64,000 nucleotides of DNA from Pecten maximus (Eukaryota): NCBI RefSeq assembly GCF_902652985.1, contig NC_047025.1:20770001-20834000 (forward strand), in the 5' to 3' direction. Below, piece by piece: positions 26,661 to 39,871 of this stretch. The notes under the pieces are model-generated. The model worked only from the letters and a program-made list of their open reading frames with translations. It did not search any database and was not told the DNA's origin. Position 1 is the first letter of the stretch. Each line of letters opens with the position of its first letter. The position numbers and the translations under genes were made by a program.

Positions 26661-28619
26661 ATGAATCACTCAGTTAACATGGAATAGAGAAATGGAGACC
26701 CGTTTGAGACGGCGATGTCGGAATAATAAACTTGCTGTAAAATTGTGTCGCCCAATCACTTCCTCTCTTCAAAATAGCATTAACAACGAGATATTAAATC
26801 CGCAGTCTGCCATTTTAGTTGCCCCTTCGGCATCATGTTTTTCTTTGGCAAATCAAAGACATAAAAAATCCCCCGTCGAAATTTCCAAACAGAAAAAGCA
26901 GGAAGGGCGCACAGCGCTGACACAGATGGGACAAAGGTGGTGTGAGGTTTAGCGTGAAATATAGACGTGATTTTTCACCCCATAAAGTTGACGTTTTAGG
27001 GCCTAAAGATCATAAAATAATCATTTTATGCAATGTTTGGTTTGTCATAAAACTGCTAGCTTGTTACAGCTCCGTGCTGTGACGTCTTTACAGCGGTAAC
27101 ATTACATTGCAGATGACAAGTCAACAAAAATCTTCTTTGTGTGTTTTATGTAGAAGCCAATATGGTCTTCATTCTGATTCTCCAAAGTAAATCAATTATT
27201 ATGGCAATTCTTCAGATGTATATATTAATTTTACGTTTTCACTGCACTAGTACATGGCTATATTACATATTTTAGGAAGCATGATAATATATTATACCAG
27301 ACAATTATATATTCTTCGTTACGTATCTGACATTATAACCCTTCAACCACACCATAAAATGGCTAAGCTACATATTTTACACAGTACAGCTGCATAACCA
27401 TTTTGACTATTACAGTATATCCTTTACATCAGTCTAGAATACGGCTAAGTTACATAACCTTTGGCTACCTAATAAGAATTAGCCTTAAGTTCAAATAATT
27501 TTATTACATTGAGCTTTACAGCTCATCTGCATACAAAAGCATATTATACATGTGCTACACGGATATACGTGCCGGGGGAGCAGTTGTACCTTCCTGGCAA
27601 CACAGGTATGTCTGACGACCTTAATGTCTGATTCAATTACAATATCTTACATGATACCAGTACAAATGTAACCTTGTAAGGTAGTGACACATCTTTAGAG
27701 ACATCAGCGATTTACACCGCCCGAGGCCGTACCGATCGTGTACGTTCGACAAAATATCAACATTTGTACATGTCTAACGTCTGGTGATTTCAAAAATAGA
27801 ACTAATATAAGTTAACATGCATACAGCCCGCCCTGCTGTCACTCGATAGAAATAACATTCAAATACTTAATATCCAATTCATGTTCCAAGTTGCACCCAG
27901 CTCAATACATCGCTACTGAACATCAGCCTTGATAAGAAGGATACGTGCAAGCATACGACACGCCAAATTAACGTTTTCAATTAGAGCGGTCCCAGTGTAG
28001 TAACACCTTGTTGTCGGTCGGATGTGAACACAAACTATACAACTGAAAGTCTAAAATCAATGCAGATTATATAACACATGTTACTGAAAGCTGTCGTTGC
28101 TTTAGTAAAAAGGATGATGTCACGTCTACTGGAGATCGCGCAGCTTCTGTCCGAGAACAGGTTCATTTCCCTTCCCGTCATCAGCGAGTATAATGGACCG
28201 CAGAAATGAAAGTTACGCCCTACAACGTCTTTATGAAATTTTATTAGCTTCTCCATGCCTCATTACCCAAACTAAAATTCTATGATTTAGAAAATATTAC
28301 AGCTGAACGTCCGGATATGAACATGTACTCGTTAGAAGAGGACCTAGTTCCTATCATCACACAGGATCTTGGCGCGAATTCCAAACCTACTTTTCATATT
28401 ATAATAAGTGTATAATACATACATGTAATATTACGTGGAAAATGGGATGAGAAATCTTGTCAAGTCCCTCTACTGCATTCAATAAAGTCAGTTTTTAGGG
28501 GTTTAACGTCCTCGCCTCAGCCAGAGTAATATAAGGACAAGTGCCAAAGAGACACCTAGATAAAAAGAAAAATTATGCCAAAATGCCGATATGAAAATTG
28601 AAATAAGAAGCCGCAGAAA

Positions 28620-28686
28620 TATACGCTATACGAACTAAGGAAGGTCCAAATACACATCAACTGTAACAAATCCTCAGGTCCCTGTG
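28620..28686 (+). mobile_element. Solo right end of the same MITE family as 22863-23014
   Basis: gctatacgaactaaggaaggtccaaatacacatcaactgtaacaaatcctcaggtccctgtg aligns with gctatacacacaagggaaggtccaaatacatgtagactgttactaattctcaagtccctgtg. Confidence 0.75.
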
Positions 28687-28810
28687 GGGTCCACAACACA
28701 GCAATTAGAAACACGCAACTTAAGGAGGTGTAAATACAAACTATACAAATCATTAAAATCATTAAAATCCTCAGAGATCAATAAAACTTACCTAACTAAA
28801 AACCGATATG

Positions 28811-28900
28811 TACAGGTATATAGTGACGTCCTTCATCGATACAGGTAAGTATATAGTGACGTCATTCATCGATACAGGTATATATAACGACGTCCTTCAT
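28811..28900. repeat. Triplicated ~30-bp motif (tacaggtatatagtgacgtccttcatcga) carrying CRE-like cores
   Basis: Three adjacent imperfect copies, with a full TGACGTCA at 28857-28864. Confidence 0.75.
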
Positions 28901-31900
28901 AGTCAGCCTCCTCTCTATTAAATACACTTCACTGGTGTTGAACAACTTACAAATGCTGAGAAGTTTTTCACACTATTGTTTCCTTTATTGGGGCAAAGGC
29001 CGTTTCACAGGGACCAGAAAGTGTAGAAACGGAAAGGAGCACACTCAAGGCCGTCGCTTTGAAGCAGCTATAGAACTCGATAAGGTTGACGAGAGTTTTC
29101 CGCTAATTACAGCTGTGTTCTATTTCATGGAGGCCGACAGGTTTTCACATAGTGTAAGCGAATTGATTGGGTAATTGGATGAAATGCGATCGGCTAATGG
29201 CTTATGATGGCTTCTGGAACTGAGTTTGATGGGGATATTTAACAAAGTGCTGAAACAAATGATTAACTAATACTGTTCGTAATTTTGAAAGCTTCTCCGG
29301 TTTTGTTACGTAGAAATGTGTAACGACGATGACGGGCGGTGTCTGCGTAAGACAGCAGTATGAATATAAATGGGGTCCGTGTCACTAAAATGTTTGAATG
29401 TGTTATTGGCTGCATCAGATGTAGCTGATCTGATTCACTGACAACCCGACTGAGAGACAATATCGCAACAGTACTACTACTGCAGCGACAATATGGCGCA
29501 GAGAAATGCATTGCGTATCGTCAAATCTCGACTACAGACGTTTTTGTATAACGTAGATTTAGATAGGAAGTAACTTATACCATACTGGACGTAGAGATGA
29601 CGACGGATATCGAATGTTTGGAGCCTTATATAATTACTACCGCACCAAAGATCCAATATGAAATAAAGCTCTATGTATAATAATATCACAATCATGAACA
29701 CGTTGTCTGTTATTAAAACTAACAGATGATCAAAGCAAAGTAATAGTAATTGGGTTCATCCTTAAAATCTCCATATAAATGGCTGCTTCTTTCCTTAAGG
29801 AAGATATAATTTAGTTAATTGTGGTAAATGTTCAGATGAATTCTCCAGTTAAATGAGTCATTATGGAAGACATTATATTTGAGCTGCTTATCAATAATTG
29901 TACTGCTTGTATTGCAGACTCATCGGGAAAGCGTGTCATATGGCCCGCACGTGACGTTTTTGACCAAAGGCTATTTGGTGCCTAGTCCGTTTCTTTGCAC
30001 ACTTCCGGCTTGGGGTCAACTTCGAGGTTAACCAGCCCTACAAACGCCCAGCTACAGTACCTAAAGGGTCGATACTCCCCTCATAGGGGTCGCGATCCCA
30101 TCAAAACACCTTTGTTGTTCGAAACCCCGATTGGAGAGAGATATGCATCATTAATGAGAGCAGATGTCGCTAGAACCTGCTCGCGTTGTGTTGGCCATGT
30201 CATCTTCCCATCTATTCTCTCGGTAACTTTTTATAGCAAAAACTACTTGTTTAGTATTTCCAAATTAAATCAGTGTGGATCATTAATCTCTTAAAGATCG
30301 TAATAGTCGGAGCGTTTTCATCGAGATGAGATCATGTTAAATAAAGGTTCGTCATCATTCAGAATACTATGCACAAACTGTTTGTCAATTTTGGTAGCAA
30401 TCAAGATGTTTTGCCTAATGAAACATTTCGGACATGAATTCGTTTACCAAGAGCATTTCAGAATATACTTACCAATAATCTGTTCTTGATGCCATAGGTG
30501 ATGAACACTGTATTCAACATCTCTAGAAAGTTATTCCTTATCAATCCAGGTAAGAACGAATCAAATAGCATTCATAGTCTCCAAAGCAAAACGTTTAAAT
30601 GTCAAACTTGTCTGATTTGATTCTGGTATGATACGTATGTAACATCGTCAATAATCCCCATACTCCAGTATAGGTACGTATAGGTACATCCACCTGTAAC
30701 CACAGGTGTAACAGTTGTCCAGACTTGTATGCTTCCTGATGCAGTAAGAATCATCTGTTTATCGTTAGGTAAGATATGTATCTGGTTGTTAAGTTACCAC
30801 AGGTAGCATACCTGTACTGAGATAAGCATTAGAGCCGCAGGTAAACGAGAAAGTGCGAAAGTAAGCGAGCACCAAATCCGGTGTCAATTACCGAACGCCT
30901 GAGGACCCGCTGCCGTTTTGACCTATGTATACATGTATATACCTACTACAAACATTCTCAGGTACGCCGAGATTGAGATCGATCTTCAAAGAATAGGCAA
31001 ACCCGTTTTCACGTCAAATAAACAAATTACATACAATATTGAAGACGACATCCTTAAAAGTTTAAAGCTCTACTTTCCCAATGAGAATTCATACAGAGAA
31101 CCATATGAAAACCACTCAGGCGTAACGAATCATTTTTGTTAGCGTGTGTCTGTATGATTCATGTTCACGGATCAGTGAACACAACCGTAACATACACGAT
31201 GTTTGTTGGTTGCTTTAACACTTCATGTCAATATCTACACATCCGCAGCTTAGTTTTCCCCATAAACCCCGGAAATAAGCATCACTACCATATCCAACTA
31301 GGTACTGTACATTTTAGTCTAGGAGGTGTAGTCCCAAAGATGTACCTGTTCAAAACCTATTTATGGTAACGCTGGTAAAATAACCAATTCTTATTAACCC
31401 TATTGATATTACTGGGACAACAGATCAAACAGTCTATATGTACTCCAGCTGGTTATAAGTAGAAAAGAATACGTGTATTCGATAGAGGGAAGTCTGTGGC
31501 CCATACAAACCAAAATTAACAAATTCGGCGTATAGTAAATGTCTGTTAGTAAACTGATTCTACATAACTAAATACTCCTATCTCGAAAACCCGGAGACAA
31601 ATAGATCCGGTTATGTTACGGACAGCATGACCCCGGCGTCGTAGTACTATACGTAATACACCAAACAACAGTAAAGGAGATGAAATCACACGTTCATAAA
31701 ATACTCATGTTTAAAGTGTTGAGTATCAATCGTTACATAAACCCAAATCGGCCAATACTTTAAGGTTAACAACCCATCCACGGGGCTGAAGAAAATGCCG
31801 TTTCACCCTCAAAGAATGTTTAGACCATGAACAATCAAAGAGATCTCGGATAGCTACCGAGTATAAAGTATCCCTGGAAAAACGATAACAACGTTTTGAC

Positions 31901-32981
31901 ATTTTCGTTCAATCTTCACCCTCGAAGATATAACATGGCTTATCCTGGTCATCATAAACATTTATTCATATGACATACCCAGGCCAGTTACTGCTAACGT
32001 TCCTGAAATTATCGCCGGAATGTATAGCCGATTCAAAACTTTCTCAAACATATGATGTATATGTTACCGCGTTAACGAAGACGTAATTCGTTATCAAGGA
32101 TACGATAAACTCACCTTACCAAACCAGTCACGGTTCCTGGCAGTCGACAGCCACCGCCTATTGGTGTTTTTGAAATTCCTCAAAACATTATAGAGACACG
32201 CCTTCGAATCAAACATCCCATGAGGTGTGAAACGGAACCCATGGTAGCTAAAATCTTCACCGCGGTATCATGTCGGGTAAATATGTCTCTTTGAAATGAA
32301 ATGTTTATAACGTTTAAATGCCTTAACAGATATATGTTATCGGGCTACGTCATACACTTCTAATTACTTATAGGATAGGTTTGTAGACTTATATCAATAT
32401 CAATGTCGGCTTTAAACCTAATGGAAAGTCAATATTAGTAGGTGTTGAAAGGAGAAGAAAATATATAAAACTGTACTCGAGTTCCTTTGTATTCCGTATT
32501 GTGTATACTTTGTTATTTTCCTTAACAATCGAAACACGTGACTCGTTTCTGATGGCCCCTATCGCATTAGCGTGTTGGCGATATATTAAACTACCAGAGA
32601 TTAGAACACTGTCCTGGTACAACAAAAAGTATTACCATTCATGAAACCAATGCTATGTAGACAAAACAGTAGCTTTTGAACCTGAACGCGAGATATTTAG
32701 ATACGGTAGAGTATTTGTTTGTTATTTCTATGTTCTCACGCGTTTATATAACATAACATTATTTTTAAACTGAAAATAAAGCAGTGCACCATATTAACGT
32801 GGATCTCGAGGATCATTATAGAGTAGGAAATTGTTTTCGCAGATAAAATAATGGTGACAGATAAAATAATGGTGACAGATAAAATAAATAAGTTGATATA
32901 CATGTACATACCTAGCATTTTCACATAAATTAACATGAAAAAATACAATTTTCAGTTGATTACAATATCTATACAGGTATG

Positions 32982-33320
32982 TCTTACCTTGATTAGCACT
33001 GACGTGTAAATGGCGTGTATATTTCCACTAACACTCTATGTGGTAGTCATGCACGAGCGGCTCTCACCGATCACTGTGTTGCTGCTACGCTTGCTGCTGC
33101 TGCTGATAGCCAATTCTTGAGTCACGTGACATATCTCTTTCCGTCGCCGTGAATCACCCGTGCCTGTCCTTGGATGCGCGAACGACGACATCGTCAGAAA
33201 TGTGATGTCACCAACCTCCAGATCTTGTTCCCGAGAGAGTTTGAACACAATGCTACATCGTACACTGCACGGATAAAAGTGCATGGGAATTCGATCATCC
33301 GTCACGCATGCACGTGCTTG
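32982..33320 (-). promoter_or_regulatory. Candidate promoter and non-coding first exon of the GPCR
   Basis: Minus-strand donor AAG|GTAAGA at 32988/32987. CCAAT at 33110-33114, overlapping AP-1 TGAGTCA (33118-33124) and palindromic E-box GTCACGTGAC (33121-33130), plus a second CACGTG at 33311. Locally CpG-richer. The link to the GPCR is inferred. Confidence 0.4.
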
Positions 33321-34399
33321 TGTAATTGATAATAATGGGCAGCCACAGCGATGCATTGTGTTTATAAATCATTTGTCAGTGGACAATAGGGTAGGAGGGT
33401 GATCAGTAGCGTGCGGACGGTACATACACCTCTTCTAATTCGTATAATCATTTTATAAATTAATATGATGTTAATTCAGATAAAACATCATTAATTCTTT
33501 GCATCAGTTTGGGTAAGCCTGATCTGAAAGACATTGCCATCTCGTTGACCTCTAATCCATCATCTTCCGATCAGCTGTCTATCGTAACAGACTAAGACAA
33601 TCTTGTATCGTTATTATATAACCAAATGTACTTTCCAGCTTTATCATCACCATATCGACTTAGCCTAGAAAAGTTTACTGTTATGAGATTTCTTGGTGAA
33701 AACAAGAATTAAGTCCCTCAGAACCACTGCCACACGCAATACGCGTAAGTTACTGACTCAACTGTTTCTAGGATGACTTCCGTTGTTTGAAAACCGTATA
33801 ATCAGTTTGCCTTGTAATGTCCATAAATCAACTTATTGCTTATCAGGGTCATAAGTCGTCAACAATATCCGGAAGTGAAAGAGAGTAACCGATACCAGTC
33901 TGCGATGACGTCATCGATATCGATACCAGCTGTTGAAACATCCATGGTCTATTTCTATCGACCTCTAAGTGATAAAAGTTACTATGTAGCAGCAGGATTA
34001 ACGATCAATCTTTTCACTGACTCATATCGGAACAAACTTAAACAGGTTGATCGCGTCCAGAGTATCGAACGGCAGGATCATAGTCATTTGTGAGTTTGAT
34101 AGAAATTAACCGGGTACACAGTATAGTCCTACATTGAGTAACCGGAGTGTGTTTTAAAATGTTAACTGCTAGTTCAATTTTGTATGAAATACCTTTGTTA
34201 GAAAAATACACATTGGCACCAAGAGTACGCAATAAAGCTATTGAATAATGTCAAAACAGGTTTTACTGAATCAGTCTTAATTTCTTCAAACATGAGCTTG
34301 GTCGAATAAAAGCTACAAACAGTGTATTTCTCAACGTTTCAAGAGTCTCCATACGAATCTCGATGTTTTTGTTCATTAAGATTCCCCTTGTTCTATAGA

Positions 34400-36450
34400 T
34401 TTTGAATAAGTGTTTTGTTATTATATCGGTATTCTTTGTTGATTTTGAAGAAGATTTACGGTTTCGTTGTTATGTCGATATTCTCTGCTAATTTTGAGTA
34501 AGAATTACAGTTTCGTTATTATGTCGGTATTCTCTGTTGTTTTTGAGTTAGAATAACTGTTTCGTTATTATGTCGGTATTCTCTGTTGATTTTGAGTTAG
34601 AATTACGGTTTCGTTATTATTTCGGTATTCCCTGTTGATTTTGAGTTAGAATAACGGTTTCGTTATTATGTCGGTATTCTCTGTTGATTTTGAGTTAGAA
34701 TTACGGTTTCGTTATTATGTCGGTATTCTTTGTTGATTTTGATTTAGAATTACGGTTTCGTTATTATGTCGGTATTCTCTGTTGATTTTGATTTAGAATT
34801 ACGGTTTCGTTATTATTTCGGTATTCTCTGTTGATTTTTAGTGAGAATTACGGTTTCGTTATTATGTCGGTATTCTTTGTTGATTTTGATTTAGAATAAC
34901 GGTTTCGTTATTATGTCGGTATTCTCTGTTGATTTTGAGTTAGAATTACGGTTTCGTTATTATGTCGGTATTCTCTGTTGATTTTTAGTGAGAATTGCGG
35001 TTTCGTTATTATGTCGGTATTCTCTGTTGTTTTTGAGTTAGAATTACGGTTTCGTTATTATGTCGGTATTCTCTGTTGATTTTTAGTGAGAATTACGGTT
35101 TCGTTATTATGTCGATATTCTTTGTTGATTTTGAGTTGGAATTACGGTTTCGTTATTATGTTGGTATTCTCTGTTGATTTTGAGTTAGAATTACGGTTTC
35201 GTTATTATGTCGGTATTCTCTGTTGTTTTTGAGTTAGAATAACTGTTTCGTTATTATGTCGGTATTCTCTGTTGATTTTGAGTTAGAATTACGGTTTCGT
35301 TATTATTTCGGTATTCCCTGTTGATTTTGAGTTAGAATAACGGTTTCGTTATTATGTCGGTATTCTCTGTTGATTTTGAGTTAGAATTACGGTTTCGTTA
35401 TTATGTCGGTATTCTTTGTTGATTTTGATTTAGAATTACGGTTTCGTTATTATGTCGGTATTCTCTGTTGATTTTTAGTGAGAATTACGGTTTTGTTATT
35501 ATGTCGGTTTTCTTTGTTGATTTTGAGTTAGAATTACGGTTTCGTTATTATGTCGGTATTCTTTGTTGATTTTGATTTAGAATAACCGTTTCGTTATTAT
35601 GTCGGTATTCTCTGTTGATTTTGATTTAGAATTACGGTTTCGTTATTATTTCGGTATTCTCTGTTGATTTTTAGTGAGAATTACAGTTTCGTTATTATGT
35701 CGGTATTCTCTGTTGATTTTTAGTTAGAATAACTGTTTCGTTATTATGTCGGTATTCTCTGTTGATTTTGAGTTAGAATTACGGTTTCGTTATTATGTCG
35801 GTATTCTCTGTTGATTTTGAGTTAGAATTACGGTTTCGTTATTATGTCGGTATTCTCTGTTGATTTTGAGTTAGAATTACGGTTTCGTTATTATGTCGGT
35901 ATTCTCTGTTGATTTTGAGTTAGAATTACGGTTTCGTTATTATGTCGGTATTCTCTGTTGATTTTTAGTGAGAATTACGGTTTCTTTATTATGTCGGTAT
36001 TCTCTGTTGATTTTTAGTGAGAATTACGGTTTCGTTATTATGTCGGTATTCTTTGTTGATTTTGAGTTGGAATAACGGTTTCGTTATTATGTTGGTATTC
36101 TCTGTTGATTTTGAGTTAGAATTACGGTTTTGTTATTATGTCGGTATTCTCTGTTGATTTTGAGTTAGAATTACGGTTTTGTTATTATGTCGGTATTCTC
36201 TGTTGATTTTTAGTTAGAATAACTGTTTCGTTATTATGTCGGTATTCTCTGTTGATTTTGAGTTAGAATTACAGTTTCGTTATTATGTCGGTATTCTCTG
36301 TTGATTTTGAGTTAGAATTACGGTTTCGTTATTATGTCGGTATTCTCTGTTGATTTTGAGTTAGAATTACGGTTTCGTTATTATGTCGGTATTCTCTGTT
36401 GATTTTTAGTGAGAATTACGGTTTCGTTATTATGTCGGTATTCCCTGTTG
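34400..36450. repeat. Minisatellite, 49-bp unit (ggtttcgttattatgtcggtattctctgttgattttgagttagaattac), ~41 copies, left edge degenerate
   Basis: Period of 49 (34607, 34656, ...). Confidence 0.98.
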
Positions 36451-36951
36451 TCGTACAGTGATTGGGTACAGATGTACTACTAAAAACTGACAATGACAGA
36501 ATATATAGGAAAATTACACACGCTATATAAAGTTTGATACATATAAAGCACATGTCAATTCCCAGACTTCTCGATAAAAATCAGGTTTAAACAGAATGGG
36601 AATGGAATAGGCTTTTGTATGCTTAATTTTCTTCGTTGATTCCTTTGTGCTTATATTATTATGATACAATCTAAATGCACGTAATACACGTGCTCCATAG
36701 CCCACCAAATCATGCACGAGACATGGACGTACAGTGTAGATAAGAGTGGAGCGTGGCACCTGTTCGGGTCCCGAGGCTGTGGTGCCTATCTTTTGTACTG
36801 TAAAATCTTACCATCTCCTCGCTTTATCTCTGGAAAAACGGCTGCTTATTTCGAAATTTAAAATATTTAAAAAAAAAAAGTCATAGTAAAAATACACAAT
36901 AGTATTTTTAACCGTATTACATTAGCGAATCGAGTATAAATCTCCCGTGTA

Positions 36952-37092
36952 CACAGGCAATATTCCTTCACGTGAAATTCACATGAATTTTTCACGTGAA
37001 TTTCAAGTGAAAAGGGCAAAAAAGTGAAATTCACATGAAAAAATTCATGTGAAAATTTCACGTGAAATTCACGTGAAGGAATATTGCCTGTG
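36952..37092. mobile_element. 141-bp palindromic MITE with TA flanks, rich in E-boxes
   Basis: Perfect 25-bp TIR cacaggcaatattccttcacgtgaa. TA at 36950-36951 and 37093-37094. The interior is repeated ttcacgtgaa/ttcacatgaa. Confidence 0.9.
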
Positions 37093-37326
37093 TATATAGA
37101 CTATTTACTGTGTATCAACTTACAAAGGTTACGGCGAGAACGACAAGTTTTCGATTCTCATCTATCACGTGTGCTGTTTTTTCAATCTAATCTAAATAAT
37201 TTTAATAATTTAATTGATTTATATTAATTTAAGACATCCATTAATAATTTCCGGACTCGTAAAAGTTAAAACTTTACAATGAAGTGTGAGTTGATTAGTA
37301 GTATGTTTGTTTATGTACGGCTTTTC

Positions 37327-39871
37327 AAGTGGACACCGGAGGCTCGGCGGCTGTGGACACCGGAGACTTTAATTAAAATTCTAGCAATTGAATAAGATAG
37401 AACAAAAATACATTTGTAGTTTTTTGGACTATTTCTGTTGTTTTTAAAATGCATGAATATAAGTGTAGAAATGAAAGTTGATTTTGGTGCTTTCGTTTAA
37501 GCCATAAGGTGGACCTCTTCCTGGCCATTTCCTTCTGAAAACAACAACGATGGAATATGATAAATCGCTCACAATAATGGGGCAGTGTAAACTGGTCACG
37601 CTACAAACTAAGGCCTTTGTATTATTTAAGAATATTAACATTTAAAACACCAGTCTCCCGTTGCCTCAATGATTTTGGTTCTTTTGTTGACTGATGACTG
37701 GCAAAGTAAATGATCTGTGTACGGGAGGCGCTTCTCTTCATCAGTCCACGAAAGCACCAAAATCAACCTTCAATTCCTACAGTTACACATATACACATTA
37801 AAAACAACTCACAGTTCACACGTCCTTCTACTATCTGGGTAATGGACCGACATGTCCTTATCGCCATCTGTGTCTGTATCCAGGAACAACCATTGTCATT
37901 TGCTGGAGTTGTATATGACCGCAGTTTCTTCAGCAGCTCCAGTCCAAACCACAAACTCTATAGGAGGTACCTGAGGCATTGTCATTCAGTTATTTCGACC
38001 GTGTCTTTTAATTAATAGTATTATAAGGTTATATAAAAAAAGTTCAGATTTCCAGGGTATTATTGAATGTCTCACGGGGCGCAGACAACAGGATATTTAA
38101 GTTACAAAAGTAGACCATTGGTATATATCATGGTAGATGCGAAGTAACCTTGTCATATATTTCGGTTATGTTAATTGTTTATGCATGTTGAATTGTTGAT
38201 TACTGGCCTACAAATGTAGTTTTGCTCCATTTCATTTCGTTGGAAGTAGTTAACTTGGGGTCCCTGTGCCTACAGCCTTAGACCCCACGGTGACCACAGT
38301 CGTCGAGCCCCTGGTGACCACAGTCGTCGATAACCCGGTGGCCACAGTCGTCGATAACCCGGTGGCCACACTCGTCGAGCCCCCGGTGTCCACAGTCGTC
38401 GAGCCCCTGGTGACCACAGTCGTCGATAACCCGGTGGCCACACTCGTCGAGCCCCCGGTGTCCACAGTCGTCGAGCCCCCGGTGACCACAGTCGTCGAGC
38501 CCCCGGTGCCCTGAGTCGTCGAGCCCCCGATGTCTACACTCGTCAAGTCCCCGATGTCCACACTCGTCGAGCCCCCGATGTCCACAGTCGTCGAGCCCCC
38601 GGTGGCCACACTCGTCGAGCCCCCGATGTCCACAGTCGTCGAGCCCCCGATGTCTACACTCGTCAAGTCCCCGATGTCCACACTCGTCGAGCCCCCGATG
38701 TCTACAGTCGCCGATCCCTCAGTGTCTACAGTCGTCAAGCCCCCGGTGTCCACAGTCGTCCAGCCCCCGGTGTCTACAGTCGTCGAGCCCCTGGTGACCA
38801 CAGTCGTCGAGCCCCCGGTGACCACAGTCGTCGAGCCCCCGGTGTCCACAGTCGTCGAGCCCCCGATGTCTACACTCGTCAAGTCCCCGGTGTCCACAGT
38901 CGTCGAGCCCCCGATGTCTACACTCGTCGAGCCCCCGGTTTCTAGTCATCGAGCCCCCGGTGTTCACAGTCGTCGAGCCCCCGGTGTCCACAGTCGTCGA
39001 GCCCCCGATATCTTCACTCGTCAAGTCCCCGGTGTCCACAGTCGTCCAGCCCCCGGTGTCCACAGTCGTCGAGCCCCGATGTCTACAGTCGTCGAGCCCC
39101 CGATGTCTACACTCGTCAAGCCCCCGGTGTTCACAGTCGTCCAGCCCCTGGTGACCACAGTCGTCGAGCCCCCGATGTCTACACTCGTCAAGTCCCCGAT
39201 GTCCACACTCGTCGAGCCCCCGATGTCTACAGTCGCCGATCCCTCAGTGTCTACAGTCGTCAAGCCCCCGGTGACCACAGTCGTCGAACCCCCGATGTCT
39301 ACAGTCGTCGAGCCCCCGGTGTCCACAGTCGTCGAGCCCCCGATGTTCACAGTCGTCGAACCCCCGTTGTCCACAGTCGTCGAGCCCCCGGTGTCTACAG
39401 TCGTCGAGCCCCCGGTGACCACAGTCGTCGAGCCCCCGGTGTCTAGTCGTCGAGCCCCCGGTGTTCACAGTCGCCCAGGCCCCGGTGACCACAGTCGTCC
39501 AGCCCCCCGGTGTCTACAGTCGTCCAGCCCCCGGTGACCACAGTCGTCCAGCCCCCCGGTGTCTACAGTCGTCCAGCCCCCGGTGTACACAGTCGTCCAG
39601 CCCCCGGTGACCACAGTCGTCCAGCCCCCGGTGTCTACAGTCGTCCAGCCCCCGGTGCCCTGAGTCGTCGAGCCCCCGGTGTCCACAGTCGTCCAGCCCC
39701 CGGTGTCCACAGTCGTCCAGCCCCCGGTATCCACAGTCGTCCAGCCCCCGGTGACCACAGTCGTCCAGCCCCCGGTGACCACAGTCGTCGAATCCCCGGT
39801 GTCTACAGTCGTCGAGCCCCCGTTTACCACAGTCGTCGAGCCCCCGGTGTCCACAGCCGTCGAGTCCACTT
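37327..39871. mobile_element. Candidate non-autonomous TIR DNA transposon containing the 24-bp satellite
   Basis: Left end aagtggacaccggaggctcggcggctgtggacaccggagact is an inverted match to the right end gagcccccggtgtccacagccgtcgagtccactt. tttc lies directly outside both ends (37323-37326, 39872-39875). Confidence 0.6.
38285..39866. repeat. GC/CpG-rich minisatellite, 24-bp unit (gtccacagtcgtcgagcccccggt), ~65 copies
   Basis: Direct periodicity, with 8-aa repeats (STVVEPPV) in the ORF track. Confidence 0.97.

Noticed and set aside
26071-26687. Glu/Arg-rich coiled-coil-like ORF and overlapping ORFs
   Set aside because: Derived from the 39-bp minisatellite, with all frames similarly open.
25730-27010. 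Probable non-autonomous DNA-transposon remnants (also ~10990-11400, 13560-13790, 29920-30190, 62520-62760)
   Set aside because: They have a repeat-like character, but I could not define paired termini or TSDs. A repeat-library search is needed.
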